Assembly: GCA_002269645.1 (NCBI GenBank)
Contig: NIVC01000712.1
Location: forward strand, 372,001-436,000
Origin: Macrostomum lignano
Taxonomy: Eukaryota
DNA: 64,000 bases
Direction: 5' to 3'
A model generated the notes under the pieces. That model was not told where the DNA came from. It made no database searches and saw only the letters and a list, made by a program, of their open reading frames with translations. Made by a program: the position numbers and the translations under genes. Below are positions 28,101 to 40,600 of this stretch, piece by piece (the stretch's first letter is position 1; the number at the start of each line of letters is the position of its first letter).

Positions 28101-29055
28101 CGAACTTCATGGCAAGCACCACAAGGCCCCTGGGATCGAATTCACATCGACTTTGCGGGTCCGATAGAAGGACGATATTTGCTCGTCATGGTTGATTCTC
28201 ATTCGAACTATCCAGAGGTGCAAGTGACACGGGACATGACATCTGCTACGGTGATCTCGAGGTTGAGAAGAACATTCTCCCAGCTAGGGGTACCGAGAGT
28301 CCTGGTGTCCGACAATGGATCAAGCTTTGTTAGTCAAGAGACACGAGGTTGGTTGACTCAAATCGGGTGCGATCATGTAACGACCCCAGCATACCACCCA
28401 GCTAGCAACGGTCTGGCTGAGCGATTTGTTCGTACAATAAAAGAAGCTGTCACTGCAAATGGATTTTCCCAAGCCGCAATCGACAGGTACCTTCTGTTCT
28501 ACCGTGCATCAGCGAGCAAAGGTCGCCAGCAGAGTTACTGATGGGAAGGAAACTGCGTGTACCTTTGATGTCAGCAGCTGGATGGAGTCCTGGTGAGACA
28601 GTAGTGTACAAGACAGAGAAGTCAACACACGAGGCCAGGCTGATCAATCCATTAGGAAGGAATACCGCGATTGTCAAGCTAGAAGACGGCAGATTCCAGA
28701 AAGTGCACAGAGATCAACTTCAACGAACAAGCTCAGATCCGAAGTCTCAGGGAGACGATCAATTAGATTCGAACAAGGATGTCAGCATAGGAAACCCAAT
28801 GATGCGTGAAAACGATGGCAACCCTGGTGGAAAGCATGTGCACGATGAACTGCAAATTGATTCTGAGACTGAGTCAGTCCGAGTGGACCATCCGTCTAAG
28901 CCAGCTATACCAGAATTGCCACGGCGCAGTACGCGGCTGGAACAAAAGCCAAGAGTGAATTACAAGGAGTGACTATTTTGAGACTTCCTTGATCACTCAA
29001 GTTTGGGACTTAAACTTTTCAAGTTATTTTTATAAAAGGGGGAGATGCTGTGGCT
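25109..29055 (+). mobile_element. Ty3/Gypsy (Mag-like) LTR retrotransposon, defective, 3' LTR reduced to 10 bp
   Basis: TGCTGTGGCT at 25109-25118 and again at 29046-29055, directly after PPT AAAAGGGGGAGA. Absent at the paralogous site near 42765. Domain order gag-PR-RT-RH-IN. Confidence 0.92.
25233..28972 (+). pseudogene. gag-pol polyprotein with an in-frame TGA (26157-26159) and a frameshift near 28520
   Basis: Two CX2CX4HX4C knuckles, DTGAS protease, RICVDY and YFDDI RT, CDAS RNase H, HxxHLG..CxxC and SDNG integrase. SPAELLMGRKLR lies in the shifted frame. Confidence 0.9.
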
Positions 29056-29409
29056 TGAACTGCTCACTAGCAGCGATGAACTGACTGATATCGGTCAAAT
29101 TCTGGAAGCTGGCCAGCTGCACACCGCCTTTGATCTTTAAAAGGCTGGTTTCAATGTCCTGCTTCACTTCTGTGACATAGTAGCAACTGCCTCTAAAGTT
29201 GAGTATGTCAGAGGCGCAGTGCTCGCTGCTGGGCAGCACTATCCTCAGGCCTACTGCACTGGCTGATTCAGCTTTCGAGTCCTTGATTGATTCTACGGCG
29301 ATGTAGGCTCTGTTTCGGGTTTGAGGAAATTAGAGCGATATTTTAAGCCTTCGTATGGTTTAGTATCTATTCAAAGGACTTTCACTGCCTCTGGACAAGA
29401 AACATGCAC

Positions 29410-29910
29410 GCCAGCACCAGGGGCTTTAGCACCAGGGGCTTTAGCACCAGGGGCTTTAGCACCAGGGGCTTTAGCACCAGGGGCTTTAGCACCAGGGGCT
29501 TTAGCACCAGGGGCTTTAGCACCAGGGGCTTTAGCACCAGGGGCTTTAGCACCAGGGGCTTTAGCACCAGGGGCTTTAGCACCAGGGGCTTTAGCACCAG
29601 GGGCTTTAGCACCAGGGGCTTTAGCACCAGGGGCTTTAGCACCAGGGGCTTTAGCACCAGGGGCTTTAGCACCAGGGGCTTTAGCACCAGGGGCTTTAGC
29701 ACCAGGGGCTTTAGCACCAGGGGCTTTAGCACCAGGGGCTTTAGCACCAGGGGCTTTAGCACCAGGGGCTTTAGCACCAGGGGCTTTAGCACCAGGGGCT
29801 TTAGCACCAGGGGCTTTAGCACCAGGGGCTTTAGCACCAGGGGCGCCAGCACCAGGGGCGCCAGCACCAGGGGTGCCAGCACCAGGGGCGCCAGTACCAG
29901 GGGCGCCAGC
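29410..29910. repeat. 15-bp minisatellite AGCACCAGGGGCTTT (main variant) / AGCACCAGGGGCGCC, ~33 copies
   Basis: Direct inspection. Confidence 0.97.
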
Positions 29911-30240
29911 TCTAATTATGGCTTCCTGTCACCAATTGTGGCTTCCCGTCACCTATTTTGGCCCTTCACTTATTTTGGCTTCCCGTTACCTATTTTGGCC
30001 CTTCACTTATTTTGGCTTCCCGTTACCTATTTTGGCCCTTCACTTATTTTGGCTTCCCGTTACCAATTATGGCTTCCCGTCACCAATTATGGCTTCCCGT
30101 CATCAATTATGGCTTCCTGCCATTAATTATGGCTTCCTGTCACCAATTATGGCTTCCCGTCACCAATTCTGGCTTTCCGTCACCAATTATGGCTTTCCTT
30201 CACTTATTTTTGTGTTCCCGTCACCAATTATGGCTTGATA
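29911..30240. repeat. 20-bp minisatellite CAATTATGGCTTCCCGTCAC-type, ~16 copies
   Basis: Paralog of 16610-17432; abuts the 15-mer array at the duplication junction. Confidence 0.9.
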
Positions 30241-30614
30241 TTACAATGCATTTTGGCTTTCCTATTCCAATTTGAGCTAACCCTTCATACAATTTACCTC
30301 ATGTTACCGCTTTTCTATTAATTTATTTCATTAAAATTAGTAGCAAAAAGGAGCAAAATCTAATAGAAAAAATCACAAGAGGCAGCAGCTCTTGAATTAT
30401 GAGTAGTATGATTCAGTTTAATTCGGTTTAGAATTTAGGGGAAATCATTAAAGTATGCTGCACATTTGGAGCGGAATATGCAAAAATTATGGCCTTCAAA
30501 TGGTTGGGATTGTTTAAATGTTTTAAATTTTATTGGCTAAACAACTTTGTACCTTAGAAGTACATTTTTGCGCCATCATAAATTTTAATTTGTTTCACGC
30601 CTGCCTGTAGAGAA

Positions 30615-33600
30615 CTAACGGTAGTACACAAAGGTGCTCCCATCGAGTTCGTAATGCCCAGCCGCCTCAGTCCAGCATTCTTCATCGCTAGAGGACAGAC
30701 TCTCTGGCTCCGTGTCCTCCTCTGCATCATCTATGGCGGCTACAGTCACTAAGACTGGCGAAGCTGGTAGATTCTGGAATTTGAGTTTGCAGTCAAGTTT
30801 CATTGCGGATGTCTAACAGCTGACACACAAATGTCTGACAGCTGACACACACACACATGTCTAACAGCTGACACACAAATGTCTGACAGCTGACACACAC
30901 ACATGTCTAACAGACTGAAACACGGATGTTTAACAGCTGACACACACATGTCTAACAGACTGACACACGGATGTCTAACAGCTGACACACATGTCTAACA
31001 GCTGACACACGGATGTCTAACAGCTGACACACATGTCTAACAGCTGACACACGGATGTCTAACAGCTGACACATATGTCTAACAGCTGACACACGGATGT
31101 CTAACAGCTGACACGCGGATGTCTAACAGCTGACACATATGTCTAACAGCTGACACACGGATGTCTAACAGCTGACACACGGATGTCTAACAGACTGACA
31201 CACGGATGCCAAACAGCTGACACACGGATGTCTAACAGCTGACACACGGATGTCTAACAGCTGACACACATGTCTAACAGACTGACACATGGATGTCTAA
31301 CAGCTGACACACGTGTCTAACAGACTGACACACGGATGTCTAACAGCTGACACACGTGTCTAACAGACTGACACACGGATGTCTAACAGCTGACACACGT
31401 GTCTAACAGACTGACACACGTGTCTAACAGACTGACACACGGATGTCTAACAGCTGACACACATGTCTATCAGCTGACACACGGATGTCTAACAGCTGAC
31501 ACATATGTCTAACAGCTGACACACGGATGTCTAACAGCTGACACGCGGATGTCTAACAGCTGACACACGGATGTCTAACAGCTGACACGCGGATGTCTAA
31601 CAGCTGACACACGGATGTCTAACAGCTGACACATATGTCTAACAGCTGACACGCGGATGTCTAACAGCTGACACACGGATGTCTAACAGCTGACACATGG
31701 ATGTCTAACAGCTGACATACATATGTATAACAGACTGACACACGGATGTCTAGCAGCTGACATACATATGTCTAACAGACTGACACTCGGATGTCTAACA
31801 GCTGACACACGGATGTCTAACAGCTGACACACATGTCTAACAGACTGACACGCGGATGTCTAACAGCTGACACACATGTCTATCAGCTGACACACGGATG
31901 TCTAACAGCTGACACATATGTCTAACAGCTGACACACGGATGTCTAACAGCTGACACATATGTCTAACAGCTGACACGCGGATGTCTAACAGCTGACACA
32001 CGGATGTCTAACAGCTGACACATGAATGTCTAACAGCTGACATACATATGTATAACAGACTGACACACGGATGTCTAACAGCTGACACACGGATGTCTAA
32101 CAGCTGACACACGGATGTCTAACAGCTGACATACATATGTATAACAGACTGACACACGGATGTCTAACAGCTGACATACATATGTCTAACAGCTGACACA
32201 AAAATCTCTAACAGCTGACACACGGATGTACAACATTTTAAACCAATAATTTTAAAGGACCCGAGGGCCGGAGTTATCTGACCCTTGAATTTAGCCACTT
32301 TACCTGTAGGTAAAATTTCACAATGTCCCAGATTTCACTTACAATAGCTGAAGTTGAAGTTGCGGTAAATATCACAAAATTCAGTTTATAGTATAAATAA
32401 TAACTACAGAATAACGCCGGTAAAATAAGCCAGATTTTAATCTAATTTCGCAAGTTCGCTTTCCAATGAGATGTTAATTACAAGCGTATGTTATTATTTA
32501 AAATGGCTGGTATTTTCGCAAAAGTAGAACTTCAGCCAGCAGCTCGTAAACAGTTTATACAGTGTTTACCATCACTGCAGCATGCTCGTCAATTTGATGG
32601 CTACTGGTATGATAGCATTTTTGAGTATAGACGCACGTGCGACTTAACCTTCTCATGATAAACTACGCAATCAATGCATGCACCATACCTGATGAAAGGC
32701 CCCTGAGGCTGCTGTGGAGACTGTGCAATTGGTTTCGCTGCCAAGCTCGTCATCATTCGACTCATCGTACGAGTATAGCGAGGACGACCTTTTCAGTATG
32801 GAGAATCTGACAGCCAGCTTGCAGCCCAGACCGATGGCGGAGGCTGCGAGTGCGAGCAGAAATATGCTGACGAATATTCGCTTGGCGTTCGCGGACGATT
32901 TCCCTGTGCAATTGAAATGAGGCCATTGATTTAAGTGGTATCGGCAGGTAAAATCAGTTCTGCAGTTATTTGATCAACACTCACTTCCAGTTGAGAACTT
33001 GGCTTCAACATCCGGGTACGGCAGGCCTGACTGACTGACGCTGCACCTGACCAGCCAGTCCCGGCTTTCCTGACCTTCGGGCAGCCGAGCCCAGTGAGAG
33101 CTGCTGAAGCCAGTCTGCTGCAGTTGGCATTGGCGAGCTTCTATAATTATTAAATAATTGCTAATAAGCATTGCGATTCCTCTGAACTTACCTGTGCGCT
33201 GCTCATTTTTAGCCGGATGCGGGCCGCTGCACCACCACTGACTTGAGTTAGCCAGCAGCTGTGGCTGACATTCCATACGCTGCACTGCTGTGACGTCACT
33301 CTGACTGTGAGCCATCGATGCTGGATGCTGATCAAGTGGATGACCGTCAGGCAGGGCTCTGTAACGGTTAGTATTTTTCTTGGAATGTAATAATAATATG
33401 AATAATAATTAAAACAATTATAATAATTGAGTACGCCTTGCCACTTTGCCAGATGTGCAACCGACAGCTCAGCCGCAGCTATTGCGGACTGGGGGGTCAC
33501 CACACACACCCTCAATTACCCCAGCTAATGCTGGCACCCATTTTACAGCTGGGTGAACTGAAGCAGTTAAATGTCTTTCTCAATGAAACAAATTATTTCA

Positions 33601-36600
33601 GGCGATCGAGATTCTTCAATTTGTGAGTCCAACGCTCCAACTACTAGACCAAACAATTCTGTCAACTGTTCCGATTTTGAAGGACCAAAAAAGCACTTTG
33701 AAAATATTGGGAGTTAGAATCATATGCAGACAGACAGGGAATCAAAGGGTACCAAATCAGACAGCTGAATTGCAAACAAAAATGCAACTATATACAAATT
33801 CAGTTATTGAAACTTTTTTTGAAAAAAGCTTACCACTTATTGCTGATATGAAATAGAGCTCATTTTTTTGCACTGCAACGTTTTCCTTCACTTGGTCTCT
33901 AAATCTGCCCTCGCATTCCAACGTGCCGTTCAGCATCTCCGCGCTGACCTGGAATCTGAACTGAGACGCCACCGCCACCAGGGTCTGATTTTTGTTCTTT
34001 TTTGTCACAGCTGATTCTAGCTGGAAGTTGTTTAAAGGTCAGCGATAATTGACAGACAGCAGTGAAACTGTACAATTATGTTCAGCAGAAAGTCATGAGT
34101 TCATCTCACATTTGTGCGGTTTTCATCCAGACGCCACTCGGAGCTGGCAGAACTGATGCTGCAGCTGTGATGCAGTGCTGGGTAAGTCGGAGCTGATGTG
34201 ACATTCACAGTGACGCTGCTGCCGCTGACCCACACGGGTGACACCAATACTGACAGACTGGCAGGGGGAACTGAAACATAAGTATGATGAAGTAAATGCA
34301 ATATCAGCTTCCAGAAAACCCATTTTCATTAAATTCTCTCACATAAAATCCCAATAGTCTGCTCAATGCGCTCGGCAGGTCGGTCTGTCAGAAAGCAGCT
34401 GAGCGTCGCATCGTGCATTGCCGAGGTGGCTCTGAGTTTGAACACGGCAGGCTGCGTCTGGCTGTTCAGCTGCCGTTGTAGAGAGTTTTATAAAAAAAAT
34501 TAGCAACGCTTCACACAATTCGAAATCTATTTAAAAAGATTAACTCACCTGTCTCAGTTGATGAGTTGAACCATTGCTGTACTCCAAGAGACAGCCAAGT
34601 GAGCCATCAAGACAGCTCGAAACTGTAAGGTACGCCAAGTTTCCAGCCTTCATGGCTTGCAGGTTTCTAATCGGACATTGCGAACTGTTCATCACGGTGA
34701 GGTTCAGTGGAGCAACAGGACCTAAAAAATCGTCACGTCCTGTCACTCGATTGTTTTAAAAATCAACGCATCAGTTAGAAGTAGGCAGACTGTTAATATT
34801 TTAATAAAGACCTGACAGTTTCATGGCACTCCAACTTAGCGGAACATTCGTCCGGCTCCTGACCAGTATGTACCGAACTGTGCTCTGGAGCAGAAAATAC
34901 CCTTTCTTTTACTTTTATTGAAAGAAGAAATAAATAAACAATGCAATCCCGCACAGGTGCACTACGAGTTTGACAAAAACGTTGCTACCTCGTTGTAAGC
35001 TCTTCCGAGCTGCCTCCAGCGGCTGCTGCTGTTGAAGGCCTCCCAGCTGGCGTCGCACGGATCCTCCAGCTGCAGCTCCAGCGGGAGGCTCGAGGCTCCG
35101 ACCGCTGACACGGGCGAGCCGACCGGAGCTGCTGCGAGCCACTGGCCATCTGCAACACGAGTGCTTGGTTGCTAGCTGGTCTCACACTGTCTCACAGTGC
35201 TAATTAGCTGCTAGCTGGTCTCATACTGTCTCAGAGTGCTAATTAGATGCTAGCTGGTCTCATACTGTCTCAGAGTGCTAATTAGCTGCTAGCTGGTCTC
35301 ATACTGTCTCGGAGTGCTAATTAGATGCTAGCTGGTCTCACACTGTCTCAGAGCGCTAATTAGATGCTAGCTGGTCTCACACTGTCTCAGAGTGCTAATT
35401 GGCTGCTAGCTGGTCTCACACTGTCTCAGAGTGCTAATTAGATGCTAGCTGGTCTCACACTGTCTCAGAGTGCTAATTAGATGCTAGCTGGTCTCACACT
35501 GTCTCAGAGTGCTAATTAGATGCTAGCTGGTCTCACACTGTCTCAGAGTGCTAATTAGATGCTAGCTGGTCTCACACTGTCTCAGAGTGCTAATTAGATG
35601 CTAGCTGGTCTCACACTGTCTCAGAGTGCTAATTAGATTCTAGCTGGTCTGACACTGTCTCATAGTGCTAATTAGATGCTAGCTGGTCTCACACTGTCTC
35701 AGAGTGCTAATTAGATGCTAGCTGGTCTCACACTGTCTCAGGGTGCTAATTAGATGCTAGCTGGTCTCACACTGTCTCAGAGTGCTAATTAGATGCTAGC
35801 TGGTCTCACACTGTCTCAGAGTGCTAATTAGATGCTAGCTGGTCTCACACTGTCTCACAGTGCTAATTAGATGCTAGCTGGTCTCACACTGTCTCAGAGT
35901 GCTAATTAGATGCTAGCTGGTCTCACACTGTCTCAGAGTGCTAATTAGATGCTAGCTGGTCTCACACTGTCTCAGAGTGCTAATTAGATGCTAGCTGGTC
36001 TCACACTGTCTCAGAGTGCTAATTAGATGCTAGCTGGTCTCACACTGTCTCAGAGTGCTAATTAGATGCTAGCTGGTCTCACACTGTCTCAGAGTGCTAT
36101 TTAGATGCTAGCTGGTCTCACACTGTCTCAGAGTGCTATTTAGATGCTATATAGCTGGTCTCACACTGTCTCAGAGTGCTAATTAGATGCTAGCTGGTCT
36201 CACACTGTCTCACACTTTGTGCCCCCGACGCCCTTTGCCTCATCATGCATCATGAGAATGAGTCGGTCAGCGTCACTCACCCCAGTCTCGCACGCTCACT
36301 GCCTCCAGCATCATCGGCTGCCTCATCTGCATCACAAGCCACCGAGGCCCGGACCGCACAGCAGCAGGGAATCGGTTTGTCTCTGACTGCCGACTCTCCC
36401 ACCAACGGCAGTGCGCACCGCTGGGTTGCCAGGTGCGCAGAACGTCAGCCCTGCTCAGCTGCACTGTCACTGCAACATGTTTATTGAAAAGAACTCAAAT
36501 TTCGTGTCCAGCGCATTGAGAACGGTTTAGATAAATGGTTTGCTTTAAGTTCTTAACCAAAATTTTTCAGCTTACGATTTTCGTTGTCTTGTGTGCAGTT

Positions 36601-36672
36601 TGAGAACGCCTTGAGGACCTGCAGACTGAGAACGAGAAATAGCAGAGGCTTCCTGCACCGCTGGTAAGCCAT
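30615..36672 (-). CDS. Family X receptor, copy X_B, 12 exons, 601 aa: signal peptide, discoidin/F5-8-like, Ig-like domains, TM, acidic Tyr-bearing tail
   Basis: Exons 36576-36672, 36281-36469, 34989-35149, 34812-34884, 34549-34721, 34343-34469, 34110-34270, 33834-33984, 33192-33358, 32985-33117, 32689-32903, 30615-30773 total 1806 bp with all phases compatible and no stops. SP MAYQRCRKPLLFLVLSLQVLKAFS; TM IFVSIFLLALAASAIGLGCKLAV. Domain labels by resemblance only. Confidence 0.85.
30805..32232. repeat. 22-bp minisatellite (with 18/19-bp deletion variants) in the last intron of X_B
   Basis: Direct inspection. Confidence 0.95.
33385..33652 (-). mobile_element. Degraded CORE-type SINE at the position paralogous to 20420-20710
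   Basis: Shares CACCCATTTTACAGCTGGGTGAACTGAAG and the (AAT)n tail; the tRNA head is eroded. Confidence 0.65.
35170..36212. repeat. 39-bp minisatellite, ~27 copies (X_B intron 2)
   Basis: Direct inspection. Confidence 0.97.
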
Positions 36673-37655
36673 TTATCTGGGCGTTGCAGGTTATTCACAA
36701 ACTGATTCACTGACCGTTGAAAGCGTCATGGCTGAAAATCGTTACCATTTTTAATTGATTTCATACAGGTGTTTTACGCAGAAACGACTGGTCTTGGACT
36801 GGTTAATTCCGAGTGGGTGTCTCTGCAGTCACTAGGTCTAAAATAAGTATACAGCCATCTAAATTGGGTTTAATATAATTATATTTAAAATTTCTTGGAT
36901 TCAGTTGAAATGAAACTTGATCCAAATTGGATCGCTACTTGTTGATAATTTCGTCTCCGAAAGCGGCCAAATTGACTGTAATTGGATTGCAAGCACATGT
37001 AAACCAGGGGTCCAACACATCCGAGATAGTTTGTGTATTTATATTAGCAGTTCAGTTGAAGAAAATATTACGCCCTCGAATATTTACGCTTGTAGCTATT
37101 AATAAAAAGAGAGTTTTCTGTCCAAAAAACTATCCTAAGGTCATCAATATACTATTTTCGCTTAATTTTTTTACGATTAATTTTACTGAAAGTAGTAATG
37201 AAGGTAAAAAAATTGACAGTAAATAAATAAAAATGTACAATGGCCATAAAGTAAAGTAAAAAATATAGTATGGTGCAGTCTCTATTTTATTTGACTTACA
37301 TGAAAATTTTTGGGTTATGCATCGCGTTTGAGCGAATGATGGAAAATCGTAGATGCCAGTAACTACGAGCTACTAAATTTGCACGAATTTAAAAACCCAA
37401 TGAAAAATATACCTTAAAAATTGACAAATTTACAACAATCGTAAAAAAAAAGTTAAAAAAGTACGTGTTCCACTTTCATTTTTTGTCACTAACAGTGGAA
37501 TTTATTAACTTTAAAAGCGCAAATATTTGTACATGTATACATACATACATACATGTACACCGCCGCAAAAGAAAGCAAAAGGAAAAGGGGGCAGCAAAAA
37601 CGGAAGAGCAAAAAAAGGGGGAAAGAAACGGAAATGTGAGAGCGTGGCGGCAGTG

Positions 37656-40600
37656 TCAGAGCACTCTCCTTCTGGCTTGCTCCCTTAAGGCAGCCGCAGC
37701 GTTGGTCTGGCCGATGACACCGGCGTCAGCCAGCAGGCAGTCCACGTACCGGCGCGTCCTGGCCTGCCCTCGGCGCCAGGGGCCCCGCAGCGTGAGCAGC
37801 AGGACGTCCTGCACCGGTTCAGGGCAGTAGGTTTCCGCGCGGATCACGTGGCCCGCCAGCTGCAGCCGCCGCCGCCGGATGGTCTCGCTGGGTGGTCGCA
37901 GGCCGGCTCGTCGGTAGAGGGCCGCGTTCGAGACCACCTCAGGGTAGGAGATGCCGAAGGCCGCGCGCAGCAGGCTGGAGTGGGCCGCGTCCAGCCGCTT
38001 CTCCAGCGTCTCGGTCAGCGTCCACGTCTCGGCGTTGTAAGTCAGGACGGTCTCGACCACCGCCTGAAACAGCCGAGACCTCAGGCGATCTGGCAGCGCG
38101 GCGCTCTGCAGAACAACCCGGACTGAGCGGAAGGCCGCCCAAGCCAGGCCTCTGCGTCGCGCCAGGTCCTCCTGAACGCTGGGCACCAGACCGCCGAGGT
38201 ACGTGAAGCGCGTGCAGCGGGGTAGAGGGGCCGCGTGACCGTCTGCGCCGCGGCAGGTGATATTGGCAGGCAGCTCCGCTGGCACCGTCAGGACCTCCGT
38301 CTTGTCGGTGATAACAACCAGGCCGACCGTAGCCGCTATCGCCACCAGGCTGTCCAGCATCCGCTGGGCTCCATCCGCCGTGGAGGCCAGCAGCGCCAGG
38401 TCGTCGGCATAGCCCAGCAGCGACAGTCTCTTCTCTGGATGGCGGCTGCTCGTGCGCCTGCACAGCATGAAGCCGTCGGCGTCGGATGGAAGCGCAGTCC
38501 GCAGCACCCAGTCGAGGACCAGCACGAACAAGAAGGGCGCTAGCGTGTCGCCCTGCAGCACTCCAGATGTTGTACTGAATGGGTCCGACAGCCCGTCGGG
38601 CGTCACCACGGCGGCTTGAGTGTCCTGGTAGAGCGCCATGACTGCGCTGACCAGGCGCTGGGGCACGTGGTAAGCCCGGAGCACCGGCACAAGGGCGCCG
38701 CGCGCCACCGAGTCGAACGCCTTTCTGAAGTCAACGAAGACACAGATCAGCGTCGCCTGGCGGGTGCGCGCCTCCTCGATTGTCCTCCTGAGGGCAAGGA
38801 TCTGGGTCGCTGTGCCCCGGTGTGGCCGGAAGCCGTTCTGCTCGTGCCGCAGAAACGGGTCCAGCACCGGTTGCAGCCGCGTCAGCAGGATCTTGTTGAA
38901 GAGCTTCGCGGCGCAAGACATCAGCGAGATGCCCCTATGTTCTTCTTTCCGAGTTGTGCCGGGCTTCTTTGGGATGGGGATCATGTGGGCCGTCGTCCAC
39001 TCAGTTGGGGCTGCACCCCCGTCAAGTACGCGGTTCATCACACCGGCGACCGCACGGGCCACCGGCAGGACTCGCAGCGCCTCGACAGGGATCTCATCCG
39101 GGCCGGCCGCTCTTCCACCAGGGGACTTCTTCGCCTGCAACACCACCTCGTCCAGAGTAATGGGGCTGACGTCGAAATCCTCCTCCTTGGGCAGGGCCAC
39201 TTCCGGCGGCAGCGGCATCTCCGCCTGCAGCACCGGCGGCGGCGCGTTCACGATGGCGCCGAAAAAGTCCCGCAGCTCGTTCCGGCGGGCCTCCGCCGTG
39301 TCGCCGGGGAGGTTGAGGCTCGTGCGGCTCTTCCTCCCGGTCAGCGCGTTCACAGCGCTCCACACGGCGCGGCGCTTGCCGTCGTGCCCTGCCGTTGTCA
39401 CCGTCCTGATGGTCTCTTCTACGGCGGCCTGTTGTCCTTGCTCATAGGCGGCTGCGAGGGCCGCCTCGGCTTCGTCCACCTCCGCAGTCCTGCCCGCCCG
39501 TCGCAGCTGCTCAAGCCTCAGCCTCGCACTTTGCACTTCCGGGTCCACCTCCCAGACCGGCCGACCTTTCTGCAGGGGCTTCACCAACGGTAGGGTCCAC
39601 TCCGCAGCAGATTGGACGGCCGTGCAGATCTCGGGGTAGTCGGCTTCCTTCTTGCCGTCGAGGGCATCCACAAACGCGCGGGCGAAGCGAACCTGGGTCG
39701 CATCGTCACGCAGAGCCCGGAAGAAGTGCTTCGGCTTCCGCTTGGGCGGCCGGTAGAGCGGGTCCTTCAGCTTGATGTCGCAGAAGAGCAGCTTGTTGTC
39801 GGACTTCGGCGCCAATGGCATGATGGTATCGCAGTTGGTCACACGGCCACGCTCTCGAAAGTGCAGCAGCACGTGGTCCAGCTGCGCCAGCCTCGTCGTG
39901 GCATTCCGGCGGCGGTTGTTGTTGCGCCGCGGCCGCTTGCAGCCGGCAAAGGTTGCCAGCCGCTGCTCGGGTTTCCGGAACCACGTGTTCATCGACACCA
40001 TGTCATGCCGAGCCACGAAGTCGGTCAGCGCCTCGTTGTTGGCATTCTCGCGCGGGGTCACGAAGGGGGCCCGGTCTGACCTGCGCATGACAGCGTTCAG
40101 ATCACCGAGCACGATCACCGTGTCCCGTTGTGCCACAGCCTCCACCTGCCCGGACAAGAACTCGAAAAAGACACGAGCTTCATCGGGGTGGGCAGCTGTC
40201 GGCGCGTAGGCGCAGAAAATGTGGGCGCTCCGACTCCTCAGCCGCAAGTCGATCCGCAGCAGCCGAGGGGACAGGCTCTGGCAGCACACACTCTGTTGCA
40301 GCTTTGGCCCGGCCAGCACTCCTACTCCTCCATGACCTCTCTCGTCCGCTGATGTGTACAGGAGGCTCCAGCCAGCTCCCAGCTCTTCACGCTGGAGGCC
40401 GGGGCCGGCCACGATAGACACCTCCTGCAGAGCCACCAGGTCCATCTTCGTCTCCTGAGCCAGCTTTGCCAGCAGGCCCTGGCGCCAGTTCTCCTTGAGG
40501 GTCCGGCAGTTCCAGGTTGCCAGCCGAAGGGGTGCTCTGGTACGGCTGGGGCCCGATGCTGTTGGGCCTCGTGGTCCCCGGCGCCACCCGGAGGATCCAG

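Larger units (their letters stand above)
24351..29309 (-). other. Family Y copy Y2: 5'-truncated duplicate (lectin-like and TM exons only), with a Gypsy element in its first remaining intron
   Basis: Open exons 29068-29309, 24899-25055 and 24351-24822 correspond to Y3 exons. No signal or CUB-like exon lies upstream, only the 15-mer/20-mer array junction. Confidence 0.8.

Noticed and set aside
29309-32689. Chimeric X_B-Y2 read-through protein
   Set aside because: The Y2 lectin exon begins in phase 2 and no X_B exon ends in phase 2, so no in-frame splice exists.
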